From: Candidatus Kaiserbacteria bacterium
GTDB lineage: Bacteria; Patescibacteriota; Minisyncoccia; Phycocordibacterales; UBA918
NCBI GenBank assembly: GCA_031430855.1
Contig: JANPCG010000004.1
Location: 10,845 to 74,844, forward strand
Length of the DNA stretch: 64,000 bases
Direction: 5' to 3'
Shown: one piece after another, positions 60,173-64,000 of the stretch
Position numbering within the stretch: position 1 is the first letter of the stretch
How the letters are laid out: every line of letters begins with the position of its first letter
The notes under the pieces: generated by a model
The model's database searches: none
What the model was told of the DNA's origin: nothing
Seen by the model: the letters and a program-made list of their open reading frames with translations, nothing else
Translations under genes and position numbers: made by a program

Positions 60173-61258
60173 ATGATTAAAAAAATTCTACCCGTTGGTA
60201 TTTGCCTGATGTTCATTGTACTCGTCATGCCAAACCTTTCTTTGGCCGCTACCAAGAAACCTTCGTGTACCCTTACTGTGTCAGTTGATAATGTAGATAC
60301 GAAAATCCGAAGTGGAGATATTAACTATCTACGTGCCGGGTCCGTCGTGCGCGTAGGGTGGACGAGTCGTAATGCGACAAAAGCCACTGATGGACACGGT
60401 AAAACGGTACCCGTTCAAGGAGAGGCAACGTCGACAATCGAGCGCAATCAAACGCTTTCGTATCGATTTAACCGAGGGAGTACACGAACTGCGTGCACTG
60501 TTTCGTTTCGAGTAGTTTCTGGTACGGTTGTCCAAAAAAGAGACACTAAAGCACCATTCTCCCTTCAGTTTTTGGGTAAAGTTCACGGGCTGTCATCAGT
60601 TAGTTTATTCGTGTACCCACAAGGAACGACAACGCCAATCTATACCAGTCCAACCATTCGTCTTCGAAATAGTGGTTGGTCACATACTATACCAAAGCCG
60701 CTTACTGACGGAGTCTATCAAGTTGTGCTCGTGGGTGCCCGAAGCGGAACCAGATTGGTGTTGGCTACTACAACTCTTTTGGTTGGGGCAAGCACGACTG
60801 GGTCACGGGGCGCTTCAACCGTCGTGGTAGTGCCGGTACCACTCCTCATTGGTGGTGTTGGTCACTCTGGTGCCTCGGTAGCGGTCGCGTATTTGCAGGT
60901 TATTAACATTGGTACCTCCGCCGCTCAATTGCACGGATTTACCCTGAATCAAACTGGTACGACTCCAGTAGAAGCGATTGTTGGAATGACAGCTGTGACC
61001 GACAACGGTGTTGCTCGAGGATCATCCGGAACCATGTCGTCAGGTACGCCATTTGTAGGTAATGGAGTATTTGTTCCCCTTGAAACAACATTGGCACCAA
61101 GCGAAATGAGATTGGTGACGATTAAGGCAGTCTTGGCACCTAACCTCACACCCTATCTTGCAACAAAAACTACTTTGTATGTAACCGGTATATCAACTGA
61201 CACAAAATCCAAAGGAGACTTTCCGCTGTATGGTACGACGTGGACGATTGGTTTATAA
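60173..61258 (+). CDS. Secreted beta-rich (Ig-like) surface protein
   Basis: Signal peptide; P.C.L, W.S.NA...C.V pattern; Thr/Val-rich. Confidence 0.75.
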   Translation: MIKKILPVGICLMFIVLVMPNLSLAATKKPSCTLTVSVDNVDTKIRSGDINYLRAGSVVRVGWTSRNATKATDGHGKTVPVQGEATSTIERNQTLSYRFNRGSTRTACTVSFRVVSGTVVQKRDTKAPFSLQFLGKVHGLSSVSLFVYPQGTTTPIYTSPTIRLRNSGWSHTIPKPLTDGVYQVVLVGARSGTRLVLATTTLLVGASTTGSRGASTVVVVPVPLLIGGVGHSGASVAVAYLQVINIGTSAAQLHGFTLNQTGTTPVEAIVGMTAVTDNGVARGSSGTMSSGTPFVGNGVFVPLETTLAPSEMRLVTIKAVLAPNLTPYLATKTTLYVTGISTDTKSKGDFPLYGTTWTIGL

Positions 61259-61270
61259 GAGGCGTTACGC

Positions 61271-61747
61271 TTAATCGGGACGTACTTTGAGCGTATTTTT
61301 AATCTCAGTAATGATATCTTCCAGCCGGTGTTCGGCTTTTAAAAAGTAGTGATGGATATCAAGTTCTGCGTAGGTTTTAATCAGGTCAGGATTAGCGCTG
61401 TTTGAAACGACAAAAATCGGGATAGTGCTCCAGATGCCACCATTGGCTTTAAATTTAACAATAAAATCAAGCCCATCTTCTTCTCCGATTAAGTTATGGT
61501 CAAGCCAAATTGCGTCAACTTTCTCCAAAGCTTGTACGTGCGCCAACGCAGATTCAATAGTTGTTGGTGTTAGATGGTCAGCTGTTTTAGGAAATTCGAT
61601 AGTGAAGGCAGTTTCTACACTACGAGCAGTTATTACGGTAAAACCATTTCGCTCTAGTTTCCCTGAGATTGCCAAGAGTAGGGCAGCATCATCTTCAATG
61701 ACGAGGATTGTTTTTGCGGTGATTTGATTTGATGATTTCATGTTCAT
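61271..61747 (-). CDS. Single-domain response regulator with internal insertion
   Basis: ILVIEDD, IWLDHNL, IPIFVVSN, YFLK; about 20 extra residues before the phosphoacceptor strand. Confidence 0.88.
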   Translation of the reverse strand: MNMKSSNQITAKTILVIEDDAALLLAISGKLERNGFTVITARSVETAFTIEFPKTADHLTPTTIESALAHVQALEKVDAIWLDHNLIGEEDGLDFIVKFKANGGIWSTIPIFVVSNSANPDLIKTYAELDIHHYFLKAEHRLEDIITEIKNTLKVRPD

Positions 61748-61757
61748 AGAAGTATTG

Positions 61758-63062
61758 TTATGTTGTAATAGAGCTGGTCATAGGTAGTTCAATGTGAAAA
61801 ATCGAACCGATATTTTCTTTTGACTCAAACCAAACGCGGCCGCCTGAATTTTCAATAATAGCTTTAACGATATAGAGGCCAAGTCCGGTACCTTCGATGT
61901 CTTTACTTCGTACATTATCGGCACGGAATAGTCTGGTAAAAATATGTGGATGTTGCCTCTCTGGTATTCCACAGCCAGTATCAGAAACAGTAAATCTCAT
62001 ATGTTGTTTATCTTGGTCGAGTTCGAGACAAACGTTAATGTTGCCACCATCAGGGGTATACTTAATGGCGTTTGACACCAGGTTTTGTAATACCATACGG
62101 AGCAGTTTTGCGTCAGATTCCATTGTTGGCATGGCTGCGTCAAAGTGCTGACTGAGGTGTAACTGTTTTTTATCTATTTCTGGTTGTTGTTCAGCAATGA
62201 CATTTTGTAGTAAGGAGATTATATCAACTAGCTCTGGTTCAAGGACAAATGTTCCTAAACTCATACGGGTAACATTAAGTAGGGCATTTACCAGAGTAAT
62301 CATACGCTGATTACCTTTATACACTTCAGTAAGATATTTCTCTTGCCCATCAGTAAGTGTCCCTACATCTCCCGAGAGTAGCATTTCGGTATACCAATTT
62401 ATCGCAGAGAGTGGTGAACGGAGCTGATGTGAGGCCAGGCTGACAAATTCTGTCTTTGCTTTATCGATGTCCATTTCCTTTGTAATGTTTCGAAATGAAG
62501 TCACGAGCCCAATGACAGTCTCATGCAATCTCACTGGGGTAATAATTGAGCTGGCAGGGAACCGAGTACCATTTTTACGGATGAAAAAATATGGTTTCGT
62601 GGCGTCGCTCGTATAGTGGTTTCCGTCAAGCACAGCGGTAATTACGTCCGGTAAAAAATCCTCACGTATGCCATTTGCGTTTTCAATGAGGAGTACCCTT
62701 TGGATAGTATCCCCGACGACTTCAGCGGCTGTCCAGCCAGTGAGTTCTTCAAATGCACGATTCACAAATGTAATATGGCCGAGGCTATCGGTCACAATAA
62801 TTCCGTCACCAATACTCTCAAGAATAGCAGTGTCAATAGCATTCTTTTGTAGTAGTGTTTCGGCCGCCTCAGCCATTTGCAGGGTTTTAGTTTCAAGTAT
62901 CTTATTGCTCGTTTCCAAATCTTCTAAGATATTCAAAATAGCTCGACTTTGTCTGCTGCTGGTGACGGCGTTTTCTTGATAATCTTCGAGAACGTTTAAA
63001 ATTGCCGCTTGCGTATGGTCGCGATAATTTGTTGTATTTTTTGCTGTGTTGTCGGAATTCAA
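61758..63062 (-). CDS. Cytoplasmic PAS sensor histidine kinase
   Basis: ESIGDG...TD PAS; ASHQLRSPL H-box; NL.SNA.KYT, D.G.GI, GTGLGL. Confidence 0.95.
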   Translation of the reverse strand: MNSDNTAKNTTNYRDHTQAAILNVLEDYQENAVTSSRQSRAILNILEDLETSNKILETKTLQMAEAAETLLQKNAIDTAILESIGDGIIVTDSLGHITFVNRAFEELTGWTAAEVVGDTIQRVLLIENANGIREDFLPDVITAVLDGNHYTSDATKPYFFIRKNGTRFPASSIITPVRLHETVIGLVTSFRNITKEMDIDKAKTEFVSLASHQLRSPLSAINWYTEMLLSGDVGTLTDGQEKYLTEVYKGNQRMITLVNALLNVTRMSLGTFVLEPELVDIISLLQNVIAEQQPEIDKKQLHLSQHFDAAMPTMESDAKLLRMVLQNLVSNAIKYTPDGGNINVCLELDQDKQHMRFTVSDTGCGIPERQHPHIFTRLFRADNVRSKDIEGTGLGLYIVKAIIENSGGRVWFESKENIGSIFHIELPMTSSITT

Positions 63063-63077
63063 AATAGAGTAACGTAA

Positions 63078-63668
63078 CTAGAGGCTCAGCGGCACGGACT
63101 GCTTCAGATGCTCGATTTCTTGTTTAAGGGCAATCATTTTAAGTTCTCGTCCTACCATCACTTTATTCAGAAGCTCGAGCTCTTTCACTCGTTCGGCAAT
63201 TTCACTGGTTCGATTGGCAACAGTTAGTTCAAGTCCGGTGGTGTATTCCGCTAATTTTTGTTCAAGGTCTTTACGAACTGTGATGTCTTCCATGGCGAGT
63301 ACAATCATGTGTGCCGTATCAACATCAATCTGGTGAGCATTGAGGAGGATGGTCCGCGTTCCAATTTGTTGGAAGGTATGTGCAACCTCAAAATCCTTAA
63401 CTACTTTTTTGAGCGGTAAAATTTCCTCTAGTAAACTCCGCAGATCGGGGATGTTCCATTGACCATTGCCAAGATCATAGAGAAACATATTTTCTGTCAG
63501 TTCTGGCGACACCTGAAAATTTTGGTAAAAAGTAGGATTTGCTAACACTACCCGCAAATCGGAATCGAGAATAAGGAATGATTCCCGGGCTATTTCAACA
63601 AGTGTCTTTAGGTAGTGGAGCGCAAGCGTTTTCGTTTCTGTGGTGGCGACATGAGTCGTTTTTTTCAT
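63078..63668 (-). CDS. Stand-alone PAS domain protein, paralog of 57809-58399
   Basis: LGNGQWNIPDLRSLLEEILP; C-terminal coil ending MVGRELKM..LK.EI. Confidence 0.88.
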   Translation of the reverse strand: MKKTTHVATTETKTLALHYLKTLVEIARESFLILDSDLRVVLANPTFYQNFQVSPELTENMFLYDLGNGQWNIPDLRSLLEEILPLKKVVKDFEVAHTFQQIGTRTILLNAHQIDVDTAHMIVLAMEDITVRKDLEQKLAEYTTGLELTVANRTSEIAERVKELELLNKVMVGRELKMIALKQEIEHLKQSVPLSL

Positions 63669-63720
63669 AATTCTTAGTTTTTCAAGGCCTAAATACGGAA
63701 TTGTAAATTTACCAATATAT

Positions 63721-63747
63721 TGCCGTAGGTGATATGTAATCATTACA
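63721..63747 (-). promoter_or_regulatory. Putative ECF-sigma promoter of the PAS-HK-RR operon
   Basis: TGTAAT-N16-CGGCA; second variant TGTAAT-N17-CGGCG at 63835-63862. Confidence 0.68.
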
Positions 63748-64000
63748 GTGCTATTGATTGAAATCTAGACTAGAAGTTAAAACCGGAGTGAGTAATAGTG
63801 TGTCATGGGATGTAATTATGTAGTCACAGATATACGCCGTATCAGAGATCACTATAATTACAAAATAGGGAGATAAGATTGGTCGGGATAGGGCAGTCAT
63901 GCTATCTGTCCACTTGTTATGCTTTTTTTGGATTTTTTATGGTTCATACTCGCGGTACTATAAGGGTATTATTTACTATGGCTGAAAGATTTCCCACACA

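Noticed and set aside
63978-64000. Gene start at the window edge (MAERFPT...)
   Set aside because: Only seven codons are visible, too little to annotate.

Overview
Core-genome window of a small-genome bacterium, most likely Patescibacteria/CPR (Parcubacteria-like). This is inferred from the compact RpoB, short PrmC, short ATP synthase epsilon and delta, and the absence of Shine-Dalgarno sites before core genes. It carries trmD (partial), rpoB-rpoC, dnaG-rpoD, hisS, prmC, rpmG, truB, pgi, a class I aldolase, an alpha-glucan GT4/GH57/GH15 cluster, an ApbE flavinylation module, the full F1Fo ATP synthase operon and an ECF-sigma/PAS/two-component stress island. No transposase, integrase, CRISPR array, rRNA or intact tRNA was seen. 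The most striking signal is non-coding: at least 13 copies of a 120-135 bp long imperfect hairpin with covarying stems and fixed loop motifs (GTTGTTG...TCACCGTAC-loop-GTACGGCTC...CGCCTAG). Copies sit flush against stop or start codons, flank a DEAD-box helicase as an identical 80-bp pair, and one is inserted in-frame inside prmC. Further signals: a mini-hairpin family (AGGAGG-N5-CCTCCT) inside coding sequences, a TGTAAT-N16-CGGYA promoter motif defining a probable ECF regulon, seven SD-led self-contained genes among SD-less short-leader core genes, and an identical 20-bp palindrome at two sites. All calls were made by eye from the sequence and ORF track; no searches were run.
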